DNA of 63,731 nucleotides, filler included, from Pirum gemmata (GCA_002812295.1; 15 parts of 15 records of this genome joined end to end with filler, not necessarily neighbours in it); one strand, 5' to 3'; numbered from the whole stretch's first letter, positions 1-12,760 are shown. Made by a program: numbers and translations. The notes: generated from the letters alone by a model not told the origin.

Positions 1-312
1 AATAATAATATATATTATTTAATACTATTTAGTAATGGTAATAAAATATTTAATTGATTCACCAACTTCAGTTAACCCAATAATTTAATTGAAGTGACAT
101 TTTAATATTATTTGTTTATTTATTTATTTTTTTAAATTTTAATTTATTTTTTTAATTTAATAATTTTTTAATTTTAAATTCTTCTGACTCAAATTTCTAA
201 TTATAAATGGTTTTAATTTTTATAAAATTTATGCTCTTCCAATTGATTATAATAATTACACCTTGCGTTCTTGTTTCTTTTTTTTTTCTTTTTAAAATAT
301 TCAAGAGTTGTA

Positions 313-2103
313 TTATGAACCTATATCGGTACAAGTACCTGGTACACATCCACCACCACCTAACCAACTCATACAACCACAGAACATACTACTAAATAAT
401 ACGGTAATGGCCAATACGAAAACAATAACATAAACGACCAAAGTAATACCACCCAAGAGTTTACTTTCTCCCCATGTTTCTTTACGATAGTTAGCCATTT
501 CCTTGTTGGAAGGGATTAACCATAGGAATGTCAATGGAAGAAGGTTCAAAGCAGAGGTAACAAGCATGTTGTAAATGTAGTCATGAGTCCATCCATTTGT
601 TGTACTTCCTATGTCGTTCTGACTTGGCCATGCTAAACCTAATAAATTACTAAACCAAGATCCACCGATCATCATGCACAAATCCCCAGCACCTGTAGCT
701 AAAGCAATAGCAGTACCTTCTAAACCAGGAATTCTCAACTCATTAACTGCCCAAATAACAACTAAATAATTTAAATATTGGAACACACCAGTAACACAAT
801 TAGTGAAAATATAGTAAACAGATTGAAATTGTAATGGACCAAGTACCACAGGTAAAACTAAAAATTGACTAGAAACAACCAAAATCATAGCAAAAACGTT
901 ATTCCAACGCCAATTTACATTTCTTAACCACAAACCTACAATCCATAAAACTCCAATATAAATAAAAGTGGACACGATATTTTGCAAAGTTTTTTCCATT
1001 GGGGTTAATGAAAGGACTGAAGAATTCGGAATAGCTTGGGCGACTTTAGGAGTAAAAGACATTAAAAAATTGTAACCCATGGCGAAAATGAACACACAAC
1101 AAAAAGCTTTTTGTTTTAATAAACTCCATACATCTCTCATATTTTGAGAAAAGCTTGCTCTATCTTGTTTAGAAACGTACTCATCTTTTGTATAAAATAA
1201 AAATGGTATGATAAGCAACTGAATTAATCCGATTAATAAAAAGGTAGACCAGAGAGGGAAACTCCAACCCCAGGTACCACCATAAGGTATTCCGTTTAAA
1301 CCAAAACCTGTAATACAGTAGGAAATAATGAAACCAACAAATCGAATGGCATAATTATTAGCTTGAATTTGCCCACGATCGTGCAAGCTTTCTTCTTGGG
1401 CCCATTGAACAGAAAGACTGTCGGCGGCTACATCGGCGAACATGTAACCAAAGTTTTGTAATAACAAGAAACAACCGAAAATAGAAGCAGAAAAAACGGG
1501 CATAGTGTATTTTTCAAGACCGTCACATTTAGGATCACTGTAGAGAACCTTCTGGTTACGAGCTTCATCAGGAGGGAAGCAAAAATCACTTGTTGGGGAA
1601 GTTAATAACCAAATGAATGTTATCATAGTGAAAACAAAACAAAGACACCAACCGAGAACTAAATAAGATCGTCTACGGTATCCCATAATTGGTAAACAAT
1701 CACCCAAAATACCATAAAACAATTTAAAATTGAAAAACATAGTAGGAAAACTTGCCATAACATTTATAAGAGCACTGGAGGCGCCCAAATAGTACAAGTA
1801 AACGGGCAAGACACAACCTGTAGAGTAACCGTAAAGAATTCCTACTACTAGGTAATGCAAAGGCATACCAATACGGTTAAATCTAAACACATGGTACCAT
1901 TTTAGGCCATCTTCCTCATCAGCACTGTCTTTGTCTTTGTCATCGTTAAGTGAAAAGACGTTGCTATCCATTCCTAACTCGGTCAGTTTTTCTTGCTTAG
2001 AATTATACTTCATATCAGCTTTAACAGCGTCATCATGGTAATATTGGTGCTGGGCCGCTACTTGCGCATCCTCTTCGCGAGCGGGATTCATAGTTTGTAC
2101 CAT
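313..2103 (-). CDS. BT1/FBT family folate-biopterin transporter (MFS), 596 aa, intronless
   Basis: About 12 hydrophobic segments; BT1-type motifs KLFYGILGDCLPIMGYRRRSY and GYMFADVAADSLSVQWAQEESLHDRGQIQ. Confidence 0.88.
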   Translation of the reverse strand: MVQTMNPAREEDAQVAAQHQYYHDDAVKADMKYNSKQEKLTELGMDSNVFSLNDDKDKDSADEEDGLKWYHVFRFNRIGMPLHYLVVGILYGYSTGCVLPVYLYYLGASSALINVMASFPTMFFNFKLFYGILGDCLPIMGYRRRSYLVLGWCLCFVFTMITFIWLLTSPTSDFCFPPDEARNQKVLYSDPKCDGLEKYTMPVFSASIFGCFLLLQNFGYMFADVAADSLSVQWAQEESLHDRGQIQANNYAIRFVGFIISYCITGFGLNGIPYGGTWGWSFPLWSTFLLIGLIQLLIIPFLFYTKDEYVSKQDRASFSQNMRDVWSLLKQKAFCCVFIFAMGYNFLMSFTPKVAQAIPNSSVLSLTPMEKTLQNIVSTFIYIGVLWIVGLWLRNVNWRWNNVFAMILVVSSQFLVLPVVLGPLQFQSVYYIFTNCVTGVFQYLNYLVVIWAVNELRIPGLEGTAIALATGAGDLCMMIGGSWFSNLLGLAWPSQNDIGSTTNGWTHDYIYNMLVTSALNLLPLTFLWLIPSNKEMANYRKETWGESKLLGGITLVVYVIVFVLAITVLFSSMFCGCMSWLGGGGCVPGTCTDIGS

Positions 2104-3952
2104 CTTTATGATCTTAGGATAATGATTTGTTTTGTTTTTTTGTTTTTTGTTTTTTGTTTTTTGTTTTTTAAATATCTAAACTACATAAATATAAAATAAA
2201 AATCTAGACCCTTATAATACAAATAAATATATTTATATGCTATGATATTATCATATTTATAAATAATATCAATATAATAGTCTAGTCTATAGATATACTT
2301 TAGGAACAGGTACTGTTTATACCTTGGGGCGTCCTTGGGGTTTACGTTTAGTCATGGCATGGTTAGTCTTCATTACTACTAGCTTTTTCTTTGAAATTCT
2401 TTCCTGGTATAATTTTCTTGAAATTATTATTGTTTTCTTCCGAGTTGTTGCAAAAAAAAAAAAAAAAAAAAAAAACAGCCAGATAAAAATTGTGACATCC
2501 GTTGTAGGGTCTATGAAGCTCAAAAATCCGAAAAATCTCAAAATGCTCCAATTGTGTGAATTGTGTGAAAGTGCTATCAAAATTTTAGAAATCGTCTAGC
2601 TAAGAAAACTCTATTATAAACCGTTGGCCAGTTTTTAAAAAAAATTGTTAGCTATAGCATTTAAAGGTTTTTATAATATATAATAATATAATATGTAGTG
2701 AATACAATTATACATGTGGAACCAGATGTGGGTCTTTTATATTATATATAANNNNNNNNNNNNNNNNNNNNNNNNNNNNNNNNNNNNNNAATAATAATAT
2801 GAAAACCACTATGAAAACACTATGAAAACGAAAAAAAAAAAAAAAAGTTAGCAGGAGAGACTCCGAGAGAGCCACTGTAGCTGTAGCAGAGAAGGGGACT
2901 GGTTGACTACTGGTTGGTAGCTACTAGTTCACTAGAAAAAAAAAAACACCACAAGAAAACTACAAGAAAGTATTGGGACCAAAATAGTCAAAATACCTGT
3001 TAAAATAGTTAAAATACGGTCAAAATACTACAGCTAGCCCTGAAGCTCCGGCCCCTGAGCTCCTTGCTAGGAGCTCCTTGAGCCCCTCTAGCTAGTAGCT
3101 AGCTAGCTAGACTAGCTAGTAGCCATTAGACCCGGTCTAGTTAGCCTGAGTCAAAATTCCAAAATTCAGTTTCAAAATAAGTCTACTTCAAAATTCTTTC
3201 CAAAAAGCAAATATTATTAGCAAAAGTTTTTCCAGTTTTTCACCACTGCTCGACTGAACTCACGACTGACCTACGTTTGCTTTTTTCAACTCTTTTTCAC
3301 CACAATGTCATGGCCACCTTTATAAAAGACTTCCAGCAACGTCAATAATGCGTCATAATGATGTATTTATATATATAGCAATATAAATTAGGATTTGAGG
3401 AATGATTATATTATATGATTTAAAAAAAAAAACGTCGTTAAAAAAAAAACGTTCACGCTCCCTTAAACGTTTATATATGTAATGTTTATATAGAGGCTTT
3501 TTTGGTTTAATGTTCACTCCGAAAAGTAAGCTAAATAAAAATGCCATATTCAGTTCGAAGTATGATAATATACTCTTTTTCGGTTAATATTCACTTCGAA
3601 CTGAATATGGAACTTTTATTTACCTTACTTTTCGAAGTGAATATTAAACCAAAAAAGCCTCTATATAAACATTACACACACACACACACACATATAATAT
3701 ATTATTTATTTATAGTAAAAATTTGGGCTATTTTCGCCAATATAATATGATAATCTGTAGGCATTGTTATTATTAACTGCTAGTTCTATATAACTGTTTT
3801 ATCATACAACAACAATACTAGTATAAAAACAACAACAATAAGCAACAATATATTAAATGCATACTCTAGCTAAGGTAATACCCTAATACCCATTATTGAT
3901 ATCAATATTATTTTTTTAAAAATTATCTAGTTAAAATTATCATCATAAAAAT

Positions 3953-4052
3953 NNNNNNNNNNNNNNNNNNNNNNNNNNNNNNNNNNNNNNNNNNNNTTAA
4001 TTAATTAANNNNNNNNNNNNNNNNNNNNNNNNNNNNNNNNNNNNNNNNNNNN
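3953..4052. other. Artificial contig-joining linker (44 N + TTAATTAATTAA + 44 N); 14 copies in the window
   Basis: Same spacer, with stops in all six frames, starts at 3953, 7979, 11946, 15970, 20776, 24797, 31416, 36094, 40137, 44186, 48218, 52224, 56254 and 60300. Confidence 0.97.
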
Positions 4053-4543
4053 AATAATAATAATAATAATAATAATTATTGAAATAACAATAACAATAAT
4101 ATATGTATATAAATAATATAGTATAGCATTTAGATATTATGAAGCATCTCGACGATAACAAAACCAAAACAAAAATACATTTTAGCTAACGTTGGTATTG
4201 TTGTTATGTTTTATGTTGCTGTTGTTGTTGTTGTTTGTTTGCCAATCGCTGCCCCTATCTGTAACTTTTGAAAAACTATTATGATTTTTTTCATTTATTT
4301 TTTCAAGTTATTTTATTTTTTCAATCCAGCAAACAAAAAATAAATGTTGATGTTGTTGTCTCAATCCTAACTTAACCCTTACCCTAACCCTGACCCAACT
4401 CTAACCAACCTTAGCAATAACAATATAGATTGATGGTAATATGATATGTAAATAACAACCCTAACCTAAGTTTATAGACATCTTCATGGTACAATAATGA
4501 ATACAAGCTTAAGGTTAATTAAAAAACTTATTTATTTATATGT

Positions 4544-5653
4544 TTAAACTGCACCAGTATATAACGGGTTCCCACCTTCCATTCCAGTAGTAGCAAAGTC
4601 ACTATTCACATTAAAATTGGTATCGGGAGTCATATCCCCCATTTTATCCAAATTTTGAGCGGCCATATTAGCAGCGTGGGATTTTGCGTAAACTGCCGCA
4701 CCAATACCTGCGGCAATCGCTGCCACACCGGCTGCGGCCCCGCCAGCAATTGCAGCGATGTTGGTTTTCGAACCATCGCCAGAACTACCTTGAACGGTTG
4801 ATGGACCTGATGTATCACTGTCACAAACTCGAAACTTTATGTAGTTAAGCATACCTTTACCCGGTAATTGGATTATAAGATCACCTGATGTAATTTTTTT
4901 ATCCTGGGGTAAATAATTCCAACTATTGCTTCCAACATTTTGTTGGTCGTAGTCAATTTCATCACAACTGTCTTTTCCACAGAATGAGACTTGTGTACCA
5001 GCCTCTTCGTCAATTAAAGCAACCCCTTCAATAATAACCTGAAGATTTTTATTCTCAAACGCATCAAAATTGAAACGAAGTGACCCACCATTTCTATCAT
5101 ATTTAGGTTGTTTTGTCATATCACCTGATACAAATGGGTTATTTGGAATAATCAAACCGTATCGAGTTCGGATGAAAGATGTATCTGTTTGACCAGCCCC
5201 GTAAGATTTGAACTGTCGACCGTTGCATTTTGCGTCAGGTTTATATATACCATTCGTAGGTTGACCATCTTGCTTTTGATCACCTTGGATTAAATTAAAT
5301 GACCCGTGATCACAATTTTCTTGTTTAACATGACAAGCTGTACTGACCTTTTTTTCTATAATCATTTCATGATAGTGGGTTTCCAAATTTATATTATTCA
5401 AATTTTCACATGGAACCGGAATGTATGTGTCGAAAATCATTGGCTCAACGCATTGTTGTTGGTTGTTGTAACCACTTACTGGAATTGATAAATCTTTTGC
5501 TTTCCCGTCACCTATTACCATACCACTGTATGAACTACCCCTTTTTGCACCTGTCAATTCACTAAAGTCCAAGATGTAATCACTACAAGTGTCTTTGGCA
5601 TAAGAGACGCTCGATACAGTCGAACTAACGAAAAGCACAGTGGAAAATTTCAT
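4544..5653 (-). CDS. Type I single-pass membrane protein with integrin-beta/Sib-like cytoplasmic tail, 369 aa
   Basis: Signal peptide MKFSTVLFVSSTVSSVSYA; Cys-containing ectodomain; Gly/Ala-rich TM IAAIAGGAAAGVAAIAAGIGAAVY; tail ends NSDF-x8-NPLY. Confidence 0.75.
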   Translation of the reverse strand: MKFSTVLFVSSTVSSVSYAKDTCSDYILDFSELTGAKRGSSYSGMVIGDGKAKDLSIPVSGYNNQQQCVEPMIFDTYIPVPCENLNNINLETHYHEMIIEKKVSTACHVKQENCDHGSFNLIQGDQKQDGQPTNGIYKPDAKCNGRQFKSYGAGQTDTSFIRTRYGLIIPNNPFVSGDMTKQPKYDRNGGSLRFNFDAFENKNLQVIIEGVALIDEEAGTQVSFCGKDSCDEIDYDQQNVGSNSWNYLPQDKKITSGDLIIQLPGKGMLNYIKFRVCDSDTSGPSTVQGSSGDGSKTNIAAIAGGAAAGVAAIAAGIGAAVYAKSHAANMAAQNLDKMGDMTPDTNFNVNSDFATTGMEGGNPLYTGAV

Positions 5654-5990
5654 TTTTATTTCTTTATTACTATTATTTGTTATTTGTTATTTGTTATTTG
5701 ATATTTGATATTGTTATTAATTTTGTTAATTAATTTATTAGTTATTATAATTATTAGTTATTATAAATTAATTATTAAAAGTAGTTATTTGCTACTAAAA
5801 ATTTTGTTATTTAATTTAATTTTGTTATTGTTGTTTTTTATTTATTATTTGTACATATAATTATTTATAATAATATATAAATTTAATAAACTTTATAAAT
5901 TGGAAAAACTAAAAAATGGAAAAATAAAAACAAAAACAAAAAGAACTATTTTTTTTTTTTTTTTTTTTATTATTGTTACTTTTTTTAACA

Positions 5991-6140
5991 GCCAAGCTGG
6001 ATAAAAACTGCGACATAATTATTATGTAGAGCTCAAAAATCAAAAAAATCTCAAAATGCACTACCAAAATTTGAGAAAAAGAAAACTCTATTATGAACAA
6101 TTGTCAGTTTTTAGCAATAATTTAGAGTTTTTAGCATTAG
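5991..6140 (+). mobile_element. MITE family B, 5' partial copy (other partial copies at ~2477-2660, ~11586-11800 reversed, ~28107-28280, ~62860-63060)
   Basis: Begins CCAAGCTGGATAAAA and shares the internal gagctcaaaa(t)ccaaaaaatctcaaaatg...actctattatgaac block with the full copies. Confidence 0.7.
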
Positions 6141-9069
6141 AAAAGAAGGGTTGATTTTTGCAGTTTAACCTGGAAGTGGTGTTAAAAAAAAATTTGAGCA
6201 AGTTGGTAGAATCCCTTTATTGCTATTGTCATTATTATTACTTGTCTTTGTTGTTTAGTTGTTATTATTAAAAATTATTAATGTTATTATTGTTGTTCTT
6301 GGCATTGGTATTGGTATTAGTTTCATACTTTTATCGTTGTTAATTCTTATTATTATTATTTTTCAAAAATAATATTATTAATGCTATTGTTGTTAATTAC
6401 ACTTGCTATATGAACCAATGGTCGATGACTCACTCCCATAGACTTTCTTTTTTTTGATATGATTATTATAAGTGTAAAGATAAAGTCATGTACTATAAAG
6501 ATGCCTTAATAATCATCTTCATGGGTCCATGTATTGCTATTAATATTGTTTTTCTTATTGTTATCAGTATTATACAATTTAAAATTTGATTTTTGGTTGT
6601 TGGTTGTTGGTTGTTGGTTGTTTGTTGATTGTTGATTGTAGATTGTTGATGGTTGATTGTTAGTTGTTAGTTTTTTGTTGATTGTTGAAGTATAAAGATT
6701 AAGTCATGTATTATTCATGTATTGCTGTTTAAATTGTTTTTCTTATTGTTATCAGCACTATACAATTTTTTAAAAAAGTTATTTTTTGAAGGGTTGGTTG
6801 TTAGTTGTTGGTTGTTGGTTGTTGGTTGTTTGCTGTTTGTTTATTGTTGATTGTTGATGCTTGATGCTTGATTGTTAGTTGTTAGTTGCTTGTTGATTGT
6901 TGAAATATATAGAATAAATAATGTACTATAAAGTTGCCATAATAATCATCATCATGGTTTCATGGATTGCTATTGACTGTTGTTTTTCTTAATCAGTATT
7001 ATACAATTTTTTAAAAAAGTTATTTTAATGGTGTGTTCATTTGATTTTTGGTTGTTGGTTGTTGGTTGTTGGTTGTTGGTTGTTGGTTGATTGTTGATTG
7101 TTGATTGTTGATTGTTGATAGTTGATAGTTGATTATTAATTGTTGATTGTTGATTATTGATTGTTGATTGTTGATTATTGATTATTGATTGCTGATTATT
7201 TTTGGTTTATTGCTGCAAATTGGTTACTACAAGCTATAATGATAAGTAATTTTTTTTTGTTTTGTTTTTTTTTTTTCTGAATTAGTAAAATTTTTATAGC
7301 GAATCAAATTTTATAATTTTGCGTTTGTTTTTATTATTTAAATGCTCTATAAACATCCAACAAATTCTTATATTGTATTTTGTTATAATAATAGTATAGT
7401 AAGTATGTAGTAGAAAAAAGTTACTCCGCTCGATTTTCAGGCTTGATTAGTTTTATATTTGAAAATATGTTTCGAAATTAAAAAAAATTATAATATGTTC
7501 GAAAATCTTAATTACTTTTTTGAAAACCTTGTTATTTTTACTCGCTTTGTAAATAAAATAAACACAAATAAAGAAATTATTTTTTATAATTTTTTTTTTT
7601 TTTACTAAGTGGTTTTTTCTATACATATATGGTATCGAACTGGAATCAATCCGATTTTGTGACATAATTAACTACCTTCATTCATTTTAAAAGTATTTGC
7701 AATTACCATAGAGTTGGCCGTAAAGGTTAGCAAATATATGAACTTAAACTCGAAAACTTTCGAAACTGTTTAGAAAGACTTGCTCGAAATTTATTACATG
7801 TCATGATTTGTTTTTTTAGTGAATAGATTTATCATAAATGGTTGAATTGTTATTTATTTCACCTTCTCGATTCATTAATTTCAGAATACACCTTTCTACT
7901 CTCATTCTGATTGAATAAAGAATATTTTCTTAGCAAATCGTTGTTATTTAATTTGTCTTATAAATATTTTCCATAAGGNNNNNNNNNNNNNNNNNNNNNN
8001 NNNNNNNNNNNNNNNNNNNNNNTTAATTAATTAANNNNNNNNNNNNNNNNNNNNNNNNNNNNNNNNNNNNNNNNNNNNATTTATTCATTTATTCATTTAT
8101 TCATTTATTCATTTATTCATTTATTCATTTATTCATTCATTCATTTATTCCTTTATTCCTTTATTCCTTTATTCCTTTATTCCTTTATTCCTTTATTCGT
8201 TTATTCATTTCATTGCTTGTTTTATTTGTGACATTATGTTTTTTTTAGCCTTTTGAAGAAGAATGGCCGTCTTTAAGGATTTCGTTAACATTTAGACATA
8301 TACTCCCCGATTTTGAAAAATAGCGGTATGTAGTGTGTTAGAATGTTGTTGTTTTTGGTAAAAACACAGGTACCAATGTAGGGTTAGAGTTAGGGTTAGG
8401 GTTAGGGTTAAGGTTAGGGTTAACTATAGGTTGGGGTTAGCTATAGGGTTAGGGTTACAGGTTTAGCTATAGGGTTAGCTACATGGTTAAGGTTAGTTGG
8501 GGTTAGTAAGGCCTAGCCTACATCATTTATTTATTGTAAATAATAAAGAGTCCTGATAAATTTACAAAACCTAATTATAAAAAATAAAATAAACACTAAG
8601 GCCCAGCTCCTCACTTATTGAAATAAAACATTGTAGAGTTATAATATTAATTATTTTATTGTTTTTAATAATTATTTGGCTTATTGTGTATTGTTTCATT
8701 TATATATATTAATCAATTCATGGTGACTATTACTAGTGGTAGTAAAGGTTCCTTATTTAATATTGCCAAGTGCAAGTAACAGTAATACCATACCGGAAAG
8801 AAGTGCAGATTTGGCTGAAGGTATGAGTGCTTTAGGAGTAGCTATATCATTACGTAAAGTTATTAATAGTGAAATCCAGGCTGAATTGACTGAAATGTGG
8901 AAAACTCTTCATCAACAAGATATCGGTATTGGGGTCCATATATATATTATTTATTTATTATAGTTTTTTTTAATATTGTACTCAATTTGCAAATTAATTA
9001 AAATTCATATATAATAATATTTAATTAATTATTTTATTTAATTTATTTTATTTTATTTTATTAAAATTA

Positions 9070-10149
9070 TTATCTCTGTTCAGCTTTATGCATAGTATTA
9101 GCAACGTCGAGTACAAATCTATATCTGACATCCGCCGCTTCCATTCTTTCTATTGCTTTATTAACATAATCCATAGGAATAACTTCCACCTCAGAAACCA
9201 CATGATGTTTACTGCAAAGTTGCAACATATCTTTAGTTTCTTGCATGCCACCAATTAGCGAACCATGGATTGAAAGTTGACGAAAGACTAAATCAAAAAC
9301 AGGAATACTATAAGGAGTATTAGGTAATCCAACTAAATGCAATTGACCACGGAAAGCTAATGTTGACAAGTACGCGTTTATGTCAATATTAGCACTAACC
9401 GTATTTAAAATAACGTTAAATTTACCCGCAGCAGCTTTCATTTGTTCCTCATCTTTTGATATAATTGCTTCCGTAGCCCCCAATTTTTTGGCTTCCTTCG
9501 CTTTTTCTTCGCTTCTTGTAAAAACACTAACTTCCGCTCCCATAGCCGATGCGATTTTGATTGCCATATGTCCTAAGCCTCCTAGCCCAATTACCCCTAC
9601 TTTATCTCCAGGTTTAACCCCAGCTCTTTGGAAGGGAGAAAATACGGTGACACCTGCACAAAGCAAAGGTGCTACTGCTTCCAAGTTGTCGTGTAAAGTT
9701 TCTGGGATGCTTAAAGCAAAACCTTGTTTAACTACAATATGAGAACTATAACCACCTTGAGTTACACTACCATCTTCGAGGGTGGAGTTATAAGTAAAAG
9801 TAGCTTTAGGACAATGTTGCTCTACATGATGTACTGTACATTTGTCACAACTCCCACACGAATCTACATAACAACCAACCCCAACAATATCACCAATTTT
9901 ATGATCGGTGACGTCATTTCCCACTTCAGTGACCTTTCCAACAATTTCGTGACCAACAACTAACGGATATTTTACAGGACCCCATTCTCCTTTAATAGTA
10001 GAAATATCAGAATGACACATACCCGCATATAGGATTTCAATTTTGACGTCATCAGATTTCACTCCTCTTCGTTCGATTTCGCAAGGAACCATTTTACCAG
10101 TAGCATCAACACCTTGATAAGCGTAAGCTGTAGAAGTAGGACTAGACAT
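9070..10149 (-). CDS. NAD(P)-dependent zinc alcohol dehydrogenase, cinnamyl-ADH/YahK-like MDR family, 359 aa
   Basis: Catalytic-Zn motifs CHSD and GHEIVG; structural-Zn CGSCDKC...C; PLLCAG; GLGGLG Rossmann loop; C-terminal VRYRFVLD. Confidence 0.95.
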   Translation of the reverse strand: MSSPTSTAYAYQGVDATGKMVPCEIERRGVKSDDVKIEILYAGMCHSDISTIKGEWGPVKYPLVVGHEIVGKVTEVGNDVTDHKIGDIVGVGCYVDSCGSCDKCTVHHVEQHCPKATFTYNSTLEDGSVTQGGYSSHIVVKQGFALSIPETLHDNLEAVAPLLCAGVTVFSPFQRAGVKPGDKVGVIGLGGLGHMAIKIASAMGAEVSVFTRSEEKAKEAKKLGATEAIISKDEEQMKAAAGKFNVILNTVSANIDINAYLSTLAFRGQLHLVGLPNTPYSIPVFDLVFRQLSIHGSLIGGMQETKDMLQLCSKHHVVSEVEVIPMDYVNKAIERMEAADVRYRFVLDVANTMHKAEQR

Positions 10150-10915
10150 GATTAGTAGTTATTATTTTATTTTTAATTTTAAATATTGTTTGTTGTATAA
10201 TTTGTAAATTATTATTATTATTTATTGTTATTATTGTTATTTTTTTTTTTTTAGTTTTTTAATAATTTATTTTTTATTTTTATTTTTTATTATGTTGTTC
10301 TGGGTACTTTTCGGCTGCTTTTATACTAATATCATATGATAAAAAAAAAAAAATTTAATTAAAAATAGTTTTTGAGACTGTTGTGGCTAGCTCTAGCTGG
10401 GACTGTTGGGGGCTATAAAAATTTTACTAGAATTTTTTTTTATTATTATATTATATTATTTATTTATTTATTTATTTTTTCAATAGATACTGCTATAAGT
10501 TTCTGCTATATCTATCGGTATAATATTAGTATAATATTAATATTCCAGAATTTTACAAAAACATATTATACAAAACCAAAACCAAAAATTACAAAAACCA
10601 AAACTAAAAACAAAAAACAAAAACTAGTTAATTTGATACTGTTTTTAATTAAGTGTATAATTGAGCTTGTTTATAAAATATAACATTAATTAAGCACTAA
10701 ATTATTTAAAACATGATCAATGACTTATTTAAATCAAAATCAAAATCAAAACCAAAATCAAAATCAAAATCAAAATCAAAATCAAAATAAATAAATAAAT
10801 AAATATCATAAATAAAGGGCTCCTATCTTGCCCAGGGCTGATTATCCTTTGGCTGATTATCATAGGCGCTCTCCAAAGTCCAACTCCACCAAACTAGCTG
10901 ACCAAACTAGCTATA

Positions 10916-11125
10916 GGCCTCCCAATTCTGCTCAAACCCGAAAATTGAATTTCTGCTGTCAAAAAAAGCTAAAATTCAGCTCCGTTCGAAAAATACTTGT
11001 TTTTCGTATTTTTCGGGTTTATTAATAAATAAATATATTTGAATAATTAACTTTTAGCTTGAACATTTCGAACTTATTAATTAATATATAGACTCGAAAT
11101 CTCGATTTTTAAACAGAGCAGAATT
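10916..11125 (+). mobile_element. MITE family A copy (right TIR truncated)
   Basis: Starts GGCCTCCCAATTCTGCTC, ends GAGCAGAATT; internal sequence matches 23346-23574 and 42560-42849. Confidence 0.7.
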
Positions 11126-11227
11126 CTTTTTTTTTAAAAAAAATTCTTTTTTTTTAAAAAAAATAATTCTTAGAAATTTTATAGAAAAACTTGAAACTCG
11201 AAAAAAAAGAATATCATTTCAAAATTG

Positions 11228-11429
11228 TCACTTTTGAATAATTAGGATCGAGCTGTTTGATTCGACTATGTAACTATTTAATAATTAGAATCGAGCTGTT
11301 CGATTCGACTATGTCACTATTTAATAATTAGAATCGAGCTGTTCGATTGGACTATGTCACTATTTAATAATTAGAATCGAGCTGTTCGATTCGACTATGA
11401 TTAGGATCGATCTGTTTGATTCGACTATG
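11228..11429 (+). repeat. 43-bp tandem repeat, 4 full units plus 1 partial, with internal hairpin
   Basis: Unit tcactatttaataattagaatcgagctgttcgattcgactatg; one unit with the same flanks occurs at ~60765-60870. Confidence 0.85.
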
Positions 11430-12124
11430 TTTTTCCGTAATCTCCTTGGCAGAGGGAGAACTGTGTGTGTGCCTTGTGATTAGTTTCTTTTTTTTTGGTT
11501 TTTTTTGATTTTTGCAGATAAAAGTTATTCTTGATTGGTAGACTAATGTAACTACTAATGCCATATATATATTTTTTTTAACAGACAAGCCGGAGAAAAC
11601 TGTAGAAATAATTTTTTTTTTAGACTTCTTTTCTAAAAACCTTTTTAATGCTAACTAGCCAAGTTATTATTAAAAACTGGCTATTGGTTCATAATAAAGT
11701 TTTGTTAGTTATAAATATTCTCAAATTTTGGTAGTATTTTTGTTAAAATTGAATCATTTTGAGATTTATGGATTTTTGAACTCATTGCGGATGTTTGTCT
11801 TTAAAAAAAAAAAAATAAATAAATAAAAAAAAAATAAAAAAAAGTCATTGAAAACTAGCATTGAAAATTTATTTCAAAAAAATCACTACTGCTACTACTA
11901 GTACTAATTAATGATACAACAACAACAACAACAACAACAACAACANNNNNNNNNNNNNNNNNNNNNNNNNNNNNNNNNNNNNNNNNNNNTTAATTAATTA
12001 ANNNNNNNNNNNNNNNNNNNNNNNNNNNNNNNNNNNNNNNNNNNNACAACAACAACAACAACAACAACAACAATAAAAGTATAATATTTAATTAAAATAT
12101 TTTATTTTGATATTTATTTTACAG

Positions 12125-12280
12125 CTAATAATGTAAGAGGTACCCAAAGCCAAGTAACTAATCGGGTCACAAGTATGCCTGGAAGCTCAACTACCTTGCC
12201 TATTTTAAATTTACCCAATAGCGTGGATCGTATAAGTTGTCTTCCAGAGGTGGCCACACCGCCATCACTCTCAAAAACAT
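12125..12280 (+). CDS. Probable internal exon of an unidentified gene
   Basis: ttttacag acceptor, open frame NNVRGTQSQVTNRVTSMPGSSTTLPILNLPNSVDRISCLPEVATPPSLSKT, gttagt donor, higher GC than flanks. Confidence 0.4.
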
Positions 12281-12316
12281 GTTAGTATTACCCACCTCTC
12301 AACCCCCAGCCCCAGC

Positions 12317-12629
12317 CATCAACCATCAACCATCAATCATCAACCATCAACCATCAACCATCAGCCATCAGCCATCACAACCATCGACCATTAGCCATCA
12401 ACCATCAACCATCAACCATCATCCATCAACCATCAACCATCAACCATCAACCATCAACCACCATCAACCATCAGCCATCAACCATCAATCATCAACCATC
12501 AACCATCAACCATCAACCATCAACCATCAACCATCAACCATCAACCATCAGCAATCAACCATCAACCATCAACCATCAACCATCAACCATCAACCATCAG
12601 CCATCAACCATCAACCATCAACCATCAAC
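12317..12629 (+). repeat. (CAACCAT)n heptamer microsatellite
   Basis: About 45 degenerate 7-bp units; explains the spurious 132-aa ORF. Confidence 0.9.
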
Positions 12630-12760
12630 ATTTAAAATATCTAACAGGTTTATAGTTTGAAATTATATAGTCTATCTCACGTTTATTGTCCAATGTTAAA
12701 TAGATACAAAAACTATGTAAATAATATGAGGCAATATGTAATATATTCTTATTCTTATTC

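Noticed and set aside
8736..8963. Short coding-like fragments (also ~20190-20450, ~26250-26418, ~48830-49374, ~61190-61490)
   Set aside because: May be stray exons or relics, but there is no recognisable motif and several have internal stops
11228..11429. CRISPR-like palindromic repeat array
   Set aside because: Units are contiguous with no unique spacers, no cas genes, eukaryotic context
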